A stretch of 63,925 nucleotides of DNA, the filler included, from Octopus bimaculoides (taxonomy: Eukaryota), in assembly GCF_001194135.2 (NCBI RefSeq). It is 6 parts of 5 records of this genome, joined end to end, with 100 filler letters (N's around TTAATTAATTAA, not from the genome) between each part and the next. Parts side by side here need not be neighbours in the genome. Positions count along the whole stretch, not along the records: positions 1 to 21,624 come from NC_069004.1; positions 21,725 to 41,538 come from NC_069010.1; 4 more parts are not named here. One strand, 5' to 3'. Below are positions 13,080-25,405 of this stretch, piece after piece; within the stretch, counting starts at the first letter, position 1, and every line of letters begins with the position of its first letter. Both the position numbers and the translations under genes were made by a program. The notes beneath the pieces are model-generated. The model was not told the origin of the DNA. It searched no databases and saw nothing but the letters and a program-made list of their open reading frames with translations.

Positions 13080-13500
13080 ATGTAGAATATTTCCGAATGT
13101 TTTGCATACTTTTGGCGGTGCCTTTGACAGCCTGTAGCTATAATCTTCTCAATAGGAATATTCTTTCCGATTTTGTGAATCACAGCTTCTCAAGACTGAC
13201 ACCGAGGCAGTTAAACACGTAATCAAATGCTCGAATAGTTATTGGTAGCAATCCAAAAAGAATTTCCAGATGAAGAAACTAGTGATTTGTAATCACTTAG
13301 ACATAGGTTCCCTAATTTCCACTAACCTTTCACATTATGTTGACATGCGTTGGAAAACTGATTACAGCTACTCTACATGGATCAATTTCTCTGTCAAAGC
13401 TCATTATATCTAGTTTGTTGTGCTTGGAATTAGTTGAAGTTTTGACGAGGAGATTCTGCCAGTATTCTTTAGAATTATGTGTATTTATGCCCTCCATGAT
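13080..13500 (-). mobile_element. R4/Dong-like LINE C-terminal REL endonuclease fragment
   Basis: KHNKLDIMSFDRE..VISFPTHVNIM..LPITIRAFDYV..LEKL*F..LRRL*LQAVKGTAK resembles a PD-(D/E)xK REL domain and terminus. Heavily decayed. Confidence 0.65.
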
Positions 13501-13994
13501 ACTGCAGCTTCTTATATTTGTATGTTTATATGTATGTATGTAGTTATGCATGTATGCATGCATGCTTGTATGTACGTACGAACTTGTGGTTGTATGTATG
13601 TCATTATTTAGTTTTATTCCAAGATTTCATGCCAATAGAGACAGGGCCGGTTTCTAACCTAGATCCAAGACTCCTTCGGAATTTCAACAACATCAACAGG
13701 GTATTTTTATATGCATGTTTGTATGTGCGTTGATTAGTATATTTTGTCTTGTCTGTTTTCTCATGCTTATAGATGCATATCCAGATATGCTCATATATAT
13801 ACTCATGTATGTATGCATAGATGTATGGATGGATGTATGGATGTGTATATGTATGAAAGAAGGAATGAATGCATGTATGCATCAATCAATCACTCAGTTA
13901 ATCAATCACCTGTCTGCCTGCCTATCTGTCTGTCTGTCTATCAATCTATAAGAAATTATACGACATAGAGTAATACATTCATACTTACATACAT

Positions 13995-14074
<80 letters not shown>

Positions 14075-14102
14075 AGAGAAAGAGAGAGAGAGAGAGAGAA
14101 AT

Positions 14103-14134
<32 letters not shown>

Positions 14135-14149
14135 CTGTTTAAGGATCAC

Positions 14150-14810
14150 AATACTTCGGGCGCTACTAATAGTTTCGCGTGTCTGAAAATCCAAAGTTCT
14201 TCAGGCGCCGACCAATGCTAAACTAAGAACTTTAAATATGACGTGGGACGTGAGAAAACGCGAAAAAACGCGAAAAAAAAATCCTAACTTCTAACCGGAA
14301 AACGAAACCAGGAGATCTGATGTAAATGTAATTAATGTACGAAATTAAATGTAAATTGTGTAAAGAGAGTAAAAATCTATACGAAAATTAATATCAAAAA
14401 TAAATGTATAAAATATAAGGCAAAAAAGTCGAGAATGTAACAATACGCTGAGAGAAATGTCGAGAAATTCGACGGAAAAATTAGTGATAATGCTGGAGAA
14501 TTCGAGGGCAGGATGGAAGAACTGAACAAAGGAGAGGAATGAATCCAGATGTTCGCGGTAGAGTGAGGTACCATCGATACAGTCATCGATATAGTGACCG
14601 TATAGCTCAGTAGTGGGACCAGTGAAATGTGAAAATATTTGGGCCTCAACGTAGCCGACAAACAGGTTCGCATAGTTGGGGCCCATTCTCGTTCCCATGG
14701 CAACTCCCGAGACGCATTAGTAAAACTCCCCCGCTGACGAAAAGCAGTTGAGGGAAAGGACAAGTTCGGCCAGACGAAGAAGTGTGGAGGTGTCAGGTTG
14801 GGGCCTGGCT
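14150..14810 (-). mobile_element. Penelope-like element: RT fragment plus 3' pLTR region
   Basis: Translation TSTLLRLAELVLSLNCFS..GVAMGTRMGPNYANLFVGYVE..YIDDC..FHPALEF..SVEFLDI contains the Penelope-type RT motifs (GxAMG, YxDD, FLD). One in-frame stop. Confidence 0.9.
14159..14209 (-). ncRNA. Type I hammerhead ribozyme motif, stem II partly decayed
   Basis: Minus strand reads GGCGC-CTGAAGA-ACTTTGGATTTTCAGACACGC-GAAA-CT-ATT-AG-TA-GCGCC. Stem I is 5 bp, stem III is 3 bp and the triplet is GUA. It lies 3' of the Penelope RT fragment on the same strand. Confidence 0.6.
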
Positions 14811-15465
14811 GTGTTTATATATACACACTCGCACACAGACATATACATATGTATAATTATGTCTGTATATACAAATATGTGCATGCATATGTGTATGTTT
14901 CTGTGTGAGTCTATGTGTGTGTATGAGTGTGTGGGTATGGTTTTATATAAGTGTGTGAATGCACATATATGAAAGAGACAGAGAGTGTGTGGTTACTGCA
15001 GTTTATTGAAATTGTATGTACTAGTGTTCGCAGAGGCAAACCTCCCCTACGCTGTCTGGGGTCACATTGTCTTTAAAAATCCAGTGTTATCTTCCATAAA
15101 AGTTCACACGTCAGAATACTGACATAGCAGATAACTTTAGGCACACATTTTTAATAAGTACTCTTTAAATTCAAAGCTGTGCCCATCTGCTGTTGCGATG
15201 AATATCCATTTTACCTGTATACACATGGGCAGAGCTGCTAATGAACTAAGTATTCATCTATGCGCCCGTGGCTGAGAAACTAAAAACACACCTGTTACAC
15301 AGAAATGTCTTCTATATGAAAGTGGTTATACTCGAAATCAATTTAGCGGCATTCATATGTGAGTATATACTTGTATGTCTATACATGTATACATGTGTAC
15401 ATACACACACAACCACACACACCACACCACACACTTAAATGTATGTATTCATATATCTATAAATA

Positions 15466-15514
<49 letters not shown>

Positions 15515-15524
15515 NNNNNNNNNN

Positions 15525-15566
<42 letters not shown>

Positions 15567-16289
15567 CATACGTACATACATGCATATAGGTAGACATTTT
15601 CATAAAAGGATGAATATAAACACTTTCATGCGTGTACAGACACACACATACGTACATGCTTGAACATGTGCGCGCACACAGACACACATACACATACACA
15701 CACATCCAATACACACACACATTTATATGTGCGTGTGTGTGTATGCGTGAATGTACAGATAAACGCTATAATATAACACGTACACATATATGCATGGACA
15801 TATAAATGTCTATCATAGAGACGTCCATAAAATAATGTGTGATTAAAATCAAAATCTTCTAAAGTATATGGAATCAAATGATCTTTTCTTGCACAAAAAG
15901 AATTTCGACAACGAAACTCATCTTTCCATCAATGTAATGCATTTAGAGTTTCATAAAAAGCCATTTAAGTATTCAAAGTAAATGGAATCTATCGATATTG
16001 CATCTTTCATTCATTTCTAATGCAAGAATCGTGGGCTCTAGTTAAGATGCCAGTCTACTTAAACACGATCAGAAACACACGTACACACATCCACACACAC
16101 ACATACACGCACACACACACAAAACACACACACACGTGTGTAATATGAGAAATAATATGTCATCAATATAAAAATAAATATTAAAATAAATGGAAGAAGC
16201 TGAAATTTCAAGACAACATCTATTTTACAATCCTTTTGCTTGTAAAATACATTACAGGTGATGTTGGTGTAGGGATGGAGGGCGTTTGA

Positions 16290-16328
<39 letters not shown>

Positions 16329-16704
16329 NNNNNNNNNNNNNNNNNNNNNNNNNNNNNNNNNNNNNNNNNNNNNNNNNNNNNNNNNNNNNNNNNNNNNNNN
16401 NNNNNNNNNNNNNNNNNNNNNNNNNNNNNNNNNNNNNGTACGTGTGTGTGTGTATGCGTGTGTGGGTTCTAATAACTAAAATTAATATTCAAAAATAATC
16501 TAAAATCAATTTAAGGAAATAAGAGTTATAATAACATTATTAGAAATAATATCTCGTAAATATTACGAAAATATTTTTATGTGCAAGTCATTTTTGCAAA
16601 GGACTATATGAAAAGGAAATGGATTCTTATTAAAGTGTTAACACAATGATACATAATAAAACGACTAGATACCCCGAAAATTTATAGTCATTATATTATC
16701 CGAA

Positions 16705-16980
16705 TGCACAAGCAGATCATTGTGTGGTAAGAAGATTGTTTCCCTACCACATAGTTCCGGGTTCAGTCTCACTGCGTGGTAGCTTGGGCAAGTGTCTAGT
16801 AATATAGCTTCGGGCTGACCAAAGTCTTGTGAGTGGATTTGGTAGACGGAAACTGTAAGAAGCCTGTTGTATATATATATGTGTGAGTGTGTGTCTTTGT
16901 GTCTATGTTTGACCACCCCCAACATAGCTTGACAACCGATGTTGGTGTGTTTACGTTCCCGTAAGCTAGCGTTTCGGCAC
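16705..16980 (+). mobile_element. SINE family B, 3'-truncated copy
   Basis: Head, CORE-like segment and internal microsatellite present. Confidence 0.8.
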
Positions 16981-17056
16981 TTTAGTTCCTATTTCTGAAC
17001 TTCCGTATGTGGTGAAGCAACTGTTGCTGATCCCTTAACTATGTTTATATACATAC

Positions 17057-17111
<55 letters not shown>

Positions 17112-17882
17112 CAGACAGACAGTAATACGCACATACTCATACACTAACACGCGTCATTCTCTATTTGTCTCTTGCCGTCCGTGTACTTCTCTCTCTTTGT
17201 CTTTCTGTCTCTCCTTTGTCTCTCATCTTTTCTTTCATTCTCCCCCGCCCCATAATGTCTCTCCCTCTGTCACACGCCCACACCCACACACAATCTTATA
17301 ATAAGTCTCACTCATTATCTTATAATCTCATTAGTATAATAACCGCAAAACAGACAACATAAAGAAAAAAATCATTTTCATAATTAATTGCCTAATTCGA
17401 CCAATTACTGGAGAAAAAAACAAAACAAGATAAAGATCATTGTTGATCTGTTAACAAGACGTTAATCCCAACAACAACAACAACAACCGCAACATAAACT
17501 TTCTCCATACAACGTTGTAGTGTCTTGTTGCTTTGTGACCAAATTGTTTCGAATTAAGTACACATTTTCTTCCCAAGAAACTTATAAAAAGCGAATTATG
17601 CATCTTCCATGTTTGCGCAAATTGCGATCGTTCATTACTGCAGTCACTATATCTTTAGAGAGATCATTAAGACAATTTGTGTTTGATTATCTTAATTACA
17701 ATTAATTAATATGTGGCTATGTTAGTATGATATTATACGTCAATATTGATCATTAACGTCTCTAATTGGTTACGTTAGCGTTTGCTTTATGGGGTTCAGT
17801 GGCTTTGATGATGAGGAGGTTGGCTTTGATGGTAATTAAACGATATACACACGTAGATTAGAATATAGAGATTATATATATG

Positions 17883-17922
<40 letters not shown>

Positions 17923-18387
17923 NNNNNNNNNNNNNNNNNNNNNNNNNNNNNNNNNNNNNNNNNNNNNNNNNNNNNNNNNNNNNNNNNNNNNNNNNNNNNN
18001 NNNNNNNNNNNNNNNNNNNNNNNNNNNNNNNNNNNNNNNNNNNNNNATATATATACGCAGAGACACCACACATACGTAAGGGTTGACTTAAATCTATCTA
18101 TCTATATGTATGTATATATGTATGTATGTATGTTTGCCTATCTGTCTGCCTGTCTTTCTATATGAATATATGTGCGCATGTGTATATATAAATTTTGTAT
18201 ACAACACATTCTTTCCAGCAAACGATAATCTTCTGTATTTTTCTCATAAGTGGGGGATATAAAACATAATCTTATGAAATATACCCTGGTTAATAAAGAC
18301 TGTGTAAAGGATTTCATATTGCCTGCATTTAAAAGTCACAAATTGTAACTTGTGTCAATGTTTTACCAACCCTAACAGATAATATAA

Positions 18388-18609
18388 TACGAAGGAGTGC
18401 CGAAAAGTTCCGGGCTTTGAGTAAAAGTAAATACAGGAGAATCAGTTAATTATGATTTTATTCAACATATTCCTCTCTCTGAGTCACACACTTATTTCAG
18501 CGGTCCTTCAGTTTTTCTAAGCCCAGTAAAAGAATTCGAAAATCTAGGCCTCCACCCAGACTTTTCACGACACTCTTAAGACCAGAAACTTTTCAGGACC
18601 CGCCTCGTA
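18388..18609. mobile_element. Mariner-type MITE
   Basis: TA-CGAAGGAGTGCCGAAAAGTT ... AAACTTTTCAGGACCCGCCTCG-TA: imperfect TIRs with TA target duplication. Confidence 0.75.
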
Positions 18610-19411
18610 TGTAACCGCTCTAACTATATGGTGAATTCTTCAGCAGCTTTCTCACTTATTAGTGAAATTTATATTTCTAGATCTTGTTTACATATTTTAC
18701 ATCATATTTAGTTTACTGATAACATCAAGAGTAATTTGTTCAACTTTTCTCATACAAAAATGGCCAAGTTAATTTGTAAGCCCTCTAAATTAGATTTATT
18801 CCATTCTACATACATTTTAGACCTAAAGGCATTATACATTTTGTACTTACCATATCAGCTTATTTATAGCCATAATTTCTCTGATATAGTGGGTACCATG
18901 TTAATAAAGATTTTCGCTAAGAACCATAATAGATATCCAAGTATAATTTCTACATTGCATTTACAGTCTATTCAACATTCATAACCACTCTATGAATTTT
19001 TGAAAGACCATTTCTTGAACCTTAATAGTTATTTTCTCCCCACCTGAGACCAAATATAATCATACAGACGAAATATAACTATATACAAAGACAACACAAT
19101 CTACTTCCCTCATCTACCCTCATATATATATAGAAGTTTTTATATTTAACTAATAACCGTACAGTTTACTTTCTTCTTCCTAAGCCAACATGTATTAGTA
19201 ATATTCTAAATTTTGATCTTAATCCCGCTCTTATTTCATGTGAGATCTTTTCATTTGTAAAGTCTTTCGTCCAGAAGCGACTTTAGTCTAGATGCGAACA
19301 CCTACCGATTTAACCAGTCTGTGATTTTTGTTCCTTAAACACTTGGTAAACTCTGACTGTTGTCGCTCAGCTATCAAATGAAGATAAGAGATTTTGAAAT
19401 CAGTGCCTCTG

Positions 19412-19463
<52 letters not shown>

Positions 19464-21668
19464 NNNNNNNNNNNNNNNNNNNNNNNNNNNNNNNNNNNNN
19501 NNNNNNNNNNNNNNNNNNNNNNNNNNNNNNNNNNNNNNNNNNNNNNNNNNNNNNNNNNNNNNNNNNNNNNNNNNNNNNNNNATCATAAACATATGAGTAA
19601 AAAAAAAGAAAGAAAAAGAACAATTGATTCCTTGATAAGATATGATATCTATAGCATATCAGGCGGCTACATTCCGATCAGAGAGTCTAATTTATTTCTA
19701 TTTTCTTTGTGAAATTGGCATTTATAATTTAAAATCTCATTTCACTCGAAAAGTGTGAGCAGCTAATTCATTCATGATGAATATTTAATATAAATTAAGT
19801 GAAATGATATCAGTGTTCATTAATTTCATATAAGATAAACACTTTTGTGTTATCTTGCGGCAATATTGATGGAACAAAAAAAAAAAAAGAAAATGTCTGA
19901 ATGTATTGTATATCTGATATGAGAGATTTATTCTCGCCTGAGCTGGCTAGCAGGTATGGTCGATTTCGTTACGTTATCTAAAAAAATACATCAACGTTGT
20001 TAGTTTTTGGTTATGTTTTTCAAGCGTTGATTTACCAAATGTTAATTCAAGGTTAATGTATTATCACTCGAAAAAAATAAATAAATAAAAATAAAATACA
20101 AATAAAAAATAGTCTCATCGATAATTTATTTCGGATATATAAGAAATCCACTGAGGCAACAAGATAAAATATATATATATATATAAAGATTCTGTAAATT
20201 GATTTGTAATCAATTTTGTGCTGTTTAACTGCCGACCTGTAGCGTTCCATCGGTGACCTCCGCCTTTCAGACATGATCAATCTGAGACTATATTATTAAA
20301 TGTTGCCTTCATTTTCTAATTTAGTAAGCAAGTAATTTGAATATTTGGCTGATGTTTATAGCAAATCAAAGGACGACATTATACACCTTCGTTATCATAT
20401 AAAACACATTCACCTGACGAAACCAACCCAGGATGAAAGGTACTCTAGCAGTCTGTCACCGTCCTCGACTTCGGTTTAATCGACAAACAGGCAGAGCCAT
20501 TACAGTGCAGGACAAAATTCCCGGTGGTGTTTGCTCCGGATTTTTCCCATCCGAGTTCAAATGCAGACGAGTTCGATATTAACTTTCACCCGTTTCGGAT
20601 CGATAAGATATAATACCAACCCAAGGTGACTGAACGGAAGACTTGTAAAAATACCAAGGGAGATGGCTTTAGGTAACAGTTTCGGCTTTTTACGATTTGA
20701 GTTCTGGAGGGATACATTTAATCCGTCATCCGATTAAAGAGCGACTCCTGATTTATAGGGTTGTCGCTAGAAAAAAACATACAATATAACTGCCTAACAG
20801 AGCATAGAGCACGTGCCCATATACAATTACATATACAGATGAACAGCCTTGTACATGATGCGTATAGATACATACAAATATGTATCTGAGTATATATATA
20901 TTCCGAGTTCAAATTCTGTCGAGGACGACTTTACCTTTTCCCTTTTCGGAGTCGGTAAAATAAGTACCATTCGAGAACTGGGGCTGATGTTATCGACATA
21001 ACTCCACTCCCGAAATTGCTGGCCTTGTGACAAAGCCAAACTTTAAAACCATTATTTTACCAAGGACAAGGTTCCTCAGAGTGTCCTACATTTTCAAGAT
21101 CTCAGAATATCTATCACAAATTTTTTGCAGATTTATGGTTGCTTTTTCGCGTAGGTCGATCGCTCACGTAAAGTATTCGATTTTTTTCCTGTTTTTTTTT
21201 TGTTTTTTTTCACAAGTTGTTTCCGTTATATTTACAAACAAAACCAAAAGCTATAAAATTCTCTGTCACGGAATATAATTCCTTCTTGAAACTGGTCTTT
21301 TATTTAGAATCGAAACGGAGTCAATAGACCGTTTGAAGGTTTCATATTTGTGATCCACTTCAAGTCTGTAATGAAATTCAGTTTATCTTCAAAACCTTTA
21401 CACAGTTTCAGTCAATTTTGGAGAGCAAGCATTTCAGATATAATGCACTCTGTATGAGTGTTCAGGTACTGGTCCTTTGTTAAAGGAAATCAATTTTCCA
21501 ATATTAGATTTCTAAATTCTACATTTCTCTGATTCTGTAAGAACTGTGAGTACAGCAACTTTCAACATACTTACGTTAGAATACGACCCGAAAGATGACA
21601 AGGGAAACGAAAATGTCTTTAAGANNNNNNNNNNNNNNNNNNNNNNNNNNNNNNNNNNNNNNNNNNNN

Positions 21669-21680
21669 TTAATTAATTAA
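21669..21680. other. Artificial six-frame-stop assembly linker
   Basis: TTAATTAATTAA flanked by equal N runs; the same construct occurs at 41583-41594, 45954-45965, 57760-57771 and 62166-62177. Confidence 0.9.
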
Positions 21681-22555
21681 NNNNNNNNNNNNNNNNNNNN
21701 NNNNNNNNNNNNNNNNNNNNNNNNATATATATATATGCACTTCTTTGTGTTTTCGCCTACCAAATTCTCACAAGGCTTTTATTGATCTGAGTCTTTAAGT
21801 ATAATCGTTTGTCCCCTGTGGCATGCAGTTTGACTAGAACTGAAACCAACTATCTGTCTACAAAGCATACTTCTTAATGACAGCATAACAGTGAAGGTCA
21901 CTTCACATACATTGTATGGATATAGGTCTCAGATATAATTCATGCAGCTATGTATTCAATTATATGCAGAGAAGTGTCTATACGACCATATGCTGGTGTT
22001 TCTAACGTTGCTTATCTAAATTCATTTAATTTTATCAAATGTGTAACCTGTTCTGATGTGACACTTCTGTCGGGAATTATATTTTTAAATTCTGAAAAGT
22101 ATTGTTATATCATGGCTGAATGGTTAAGAATTGTGCTTGTGTGAAGTGAAGTGAAGTGTGTGTGTGTGTGTGTATGGTCATGTGTTTTAGTCTTCATTTG
22201 CGTATATGTTTGTATGTGTGCTTGTCTGTTCATATTACCAATGTACCTATCCGTCTGTGTCTACCTGTTTACTTTCATATCTATTTACCTACCTACATAT
22301 ACGTATACATATATACACACACATACATCTACATAACAGCCCACTAACTATTCTATCTGTATAGAAATATAAACTGTGGGCATATAGGTATGATTACCTA
22401 CTACGTATATTTCCTGTTTAGAACTGGAGATGTTTCATTTATGAGGACGTACTCCTGTATTTTTATGTGGGTTGGGTCATTTAGGTGCTTGGATAAAATG
22501 CGGATGTCAAGTTGACCCAGGTTGCCTCCATGTTGGTCCTTGGCATGTTGGTAGA

Positions 22556-22940
22556 GTATGGAGGATCGTCACTGAACAATTGACGAACTTACGTCCTGGA
22601 GCTCCTATCAACGTATTTTGAGCGAGGAATTGCGTGTCGTGAACTGAAAGAATGGTTGGAAGTTGATCCGTACCTTTTTTTTTGGAAGGTAAACACTAGT
22701 GGTGGAAGCTGGTGCTACGGAATTTGCAGATGTGGAAGAGGTGAAGAAAAAAACGACGAAGACGTTAAACGGCATCACTTTGCAAGAGTCCCAGAACTGC
22801 TTCGAACAGTGGAAAACGCATCTGGACCGATGCATTGCTTCAAATGGAGAATACTTTGAAGGCGATAAAAGTGTAAACATGTAAAACTAATAAAATAACA
22901 TTACAAAATCACAGTTTCTTTTGGGTTCCCCACTTCGTAT
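22556..22940 (+). mobile_element. Internally deleted mariner remnant
   Basis: SWSSYQRILSEEL..ELKEWLEVDP joined to FADVEEVKKKTT..CFEQWKTHLDRCIASNGEYFEGD. Ends in a TIR-like CCCCACTTCG-TA. Confidence 0.8.
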
Positions 22941-22941
22941 T

Positions 22942-23075
22942 TATTAGGTTGGTGCATAATTATTGCAGCTTTTTGTTTTCAATAAATTTTATTCAACAAA
23001 AACAATAACAACATATAAAGAAAACATCTTTAAATGATTATTCCGGAGCATATTCCCCATCTACTTCAATTTCTG
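22942..23075 (-). mobile_element. Right end of a second mariner (Hsmar1/cecropia-like TIR)
   Basis: TA-TTAGGTTGGTGCATAATTATTGC TIR; the minus strand encodes ..IEVDGEYAPE*. Confidence 0.65.
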
Positions 23076-23100
23076 CTTGGTATTTTGTTTAAATTTTTTG

Positions 23101-23477
23101 TTACTCTTTTACTTGTTTCAGTCATTTGACTGTGGCCATGCTGGAGCACCGCCTTTAGTCGAGTAAATCGACCCCAGGACTTATTCTTTGGATGCCTAGT
23201 ACTTATTCTATCGTCTCTTTTGCCGAACCGCTAAGTTACGGGGACGTAAACACACCAGCATCGGTTGTCAAGTGATGTTGGGGGACAAACACAGACACAC
23301 AGACACAGACATACATATATATATACGTATATATATACAACAGGCTTTTTTCAGTTTCCGTCTACCAAATCCACTCACAAGGCTTTGGTCGGCCCGAGGC
23401 TATAGTAGAAGACACTTGCCCAAGGTGCCACGCAGTGGGAATGAACCCGGAACCATGTGGTTGGTAAGCAAGCTACT
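23101..23477 (-). mobile_element. SINE family B, full copy
   Basis: Reverse complement of the 46063-46470 pattern. Confidence 0.85.
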
Positions 23478-23571
23478 TTCCTCGCACAATCACGGGACAT
23501 TTCTACATTGTCGTTCTTTCTGGGAAGCATTGAAATTCATAAAATGCAATACTATCTTACAGGTGGGTCGA

Positions 23572-24115
23572 CATCATGCTAGAAATAACTGCCAGATACC
23601 TTAAAATTTGACTCGTTTTTTTCATATAAGATTGAAGGACACTCAAATAACCATCTGTAAACTATTGTCTTGCAAGGTCATCACACATCATGCTGCTAGA
23701 AATAGAAGCCAAGTGCCTTGAAATTCGGGTTGTCATTGGAGGCCAGTTAAATGTACATACACTTAGTTCCACATAATGCTAGAAATAACAGCCAAGTGCC
23801 CCGAAATTTAAGTTAGGAATACGATGGGAGGATACTTAAAAAAGTCTGAAAATAGTCTTGCAAGTAGTCTCATCTTGTTAGAAATAACAGCCAAGTGTCC
23901 TGAAATTTACTTTCTCTTGCATATATAACATTGAAGGACAGATTATGAAGCAGCTGAATGATATTTTTAGAAGCTCTGTAAAAATATCAGCCAAGTACCT
24001 TGAAATTTGTATTTCATAGGAAAATTTATGCTACTTAAAGTAGCATCTGTAAACATATTGTCCTATCAGTAGTCTCCCATGATGCTAGATATAGCAGTCA
24101 AGTACACTGAGATGA
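23572..24115 (+). repeat. Degenerate ~100-bp tandem array, 6 units
   Basis: Core CATxATGCTAGAAATAACAGCCAAGTGCCTTGAAATT at about 23572, 23686, 23772, 23871, 23981 (partial) and 24078. Confidence 0.8.
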
Positions 24116-24640
24116 AAATTCTTCTTCAGAGGCAAGTGAAGGATAGTTTAAGAGACATGTATTTTCCCTCTCAGCTGATACTCCCCCCCCCCTTACAAAA
24201 TAAAAGAAGCACACACTCACACACACACCACATACATACATTAATACATAAAAGATTAATAGAAAGAGACGTTGGTTGCATGCATGTATGTATGTATGTA
24301 TGTATGTATGTATGTATGTATGTACATTGACACCTACTTCTCTATTCATAAATATTTTGTACATGCTCAAACGTTTAAACTTTTATATCCCGGAAACTTC
24401 TTTAAAGCTTTTATATCTACCAACCTTTTAGGGAAAATGAAAACCCTTTTCTTCCCTACATTCTACATTTTATATTTTATATTGCTTTCTTCCTTTTATT
24501 GTATCCCATCCTGCTTTGCATTACTCTCTTTTCTTTCATCTTCCTCTCTTCTTCCCCAACTAACAGCGTTACTCTTTCGTCTTTTTTGCTCACGAACATC
24601 TAAGCAAATTACCTGAGGTACACCAACACATTGTTTACAA

Positions 24641-24702
<62 letters not shown>

Positions 24703-24965
24703 NNNNNNNNNNNNNNNNNNNNNNNNNNNNNNNNNNNNNNNNNNNNNNNNNNNNNNNNNNNNNNNNNNNNNNNNNNNNNNNNNNNNNNNNNNNNNNNNNN
24801 NNNNNNNNNNNNNNNNNNNNNNNNNNNNNNNNNNNNNNNNNNNNNNNNNNNNNNNNNNNNNNNNNNNNNNNNNNNNNNNNNNNNNNNNNNNNNNNNNNNN
24901 NNNNNNNNNNNNNNNNNNNNNNNNNNNNNNNNNNNNNNNNNNNNNNNNNNNNNNNNNNNNNNNNN

Positions 24966-25018
<53 letters not shown>

Positions 25019-25044
25019 TATATATGTATATCCTGTTATTTTGT

Positions 25045-25405
25045 ACCTATTTCAGTCGTTTGACTGCGGCCATGGTGGAGCACCGTCTCGGAAGGTTTTA
25101 GTCAAACGAATCGACCCCAGAACATACATTTTAAGCTAATCGTGTTCTTTTTGCCGAACCGCTATATAACGAGGACTGAAATACATCAACATCGATTGTT
25201 AGTCGGTGATGGGGGGGGGGGACGACTTAAACACAGATACACACACATAAATATATACTTATTTATACTCCGGGATTCTTTAAGTTTCTGTCTACCAAAT
25301 CTACTTACAAGGCTTTGGCCGACCCGAGGCTAGAGTAGGACACAGTTTCTCATGCTACCATGCAGTGGGACTGGACCCAGAACCGTGTGGTTGGGAAACG
25401 ATCTT
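25045..25405 (-). mobile_element. SINE family B, diverged copy
   Basis: Same two-part structure as 46063-46470. Confidence 0.75.

Noticed and set aside
20410-20450. CTGACGA...GAAA hammerhead candidate
   Set aside because: Stem I does not pair and stem II is mismatched.
21260-21624. Possible exon or decayed transposase at the contig end
   Set aside because: Short, interrupted frames on both strands and nothing identifiable.
23572-24115. CRISPR array
   Set aside because: Eukaryotic context, degenerate repeats, mutually related spacers and no cas genes.
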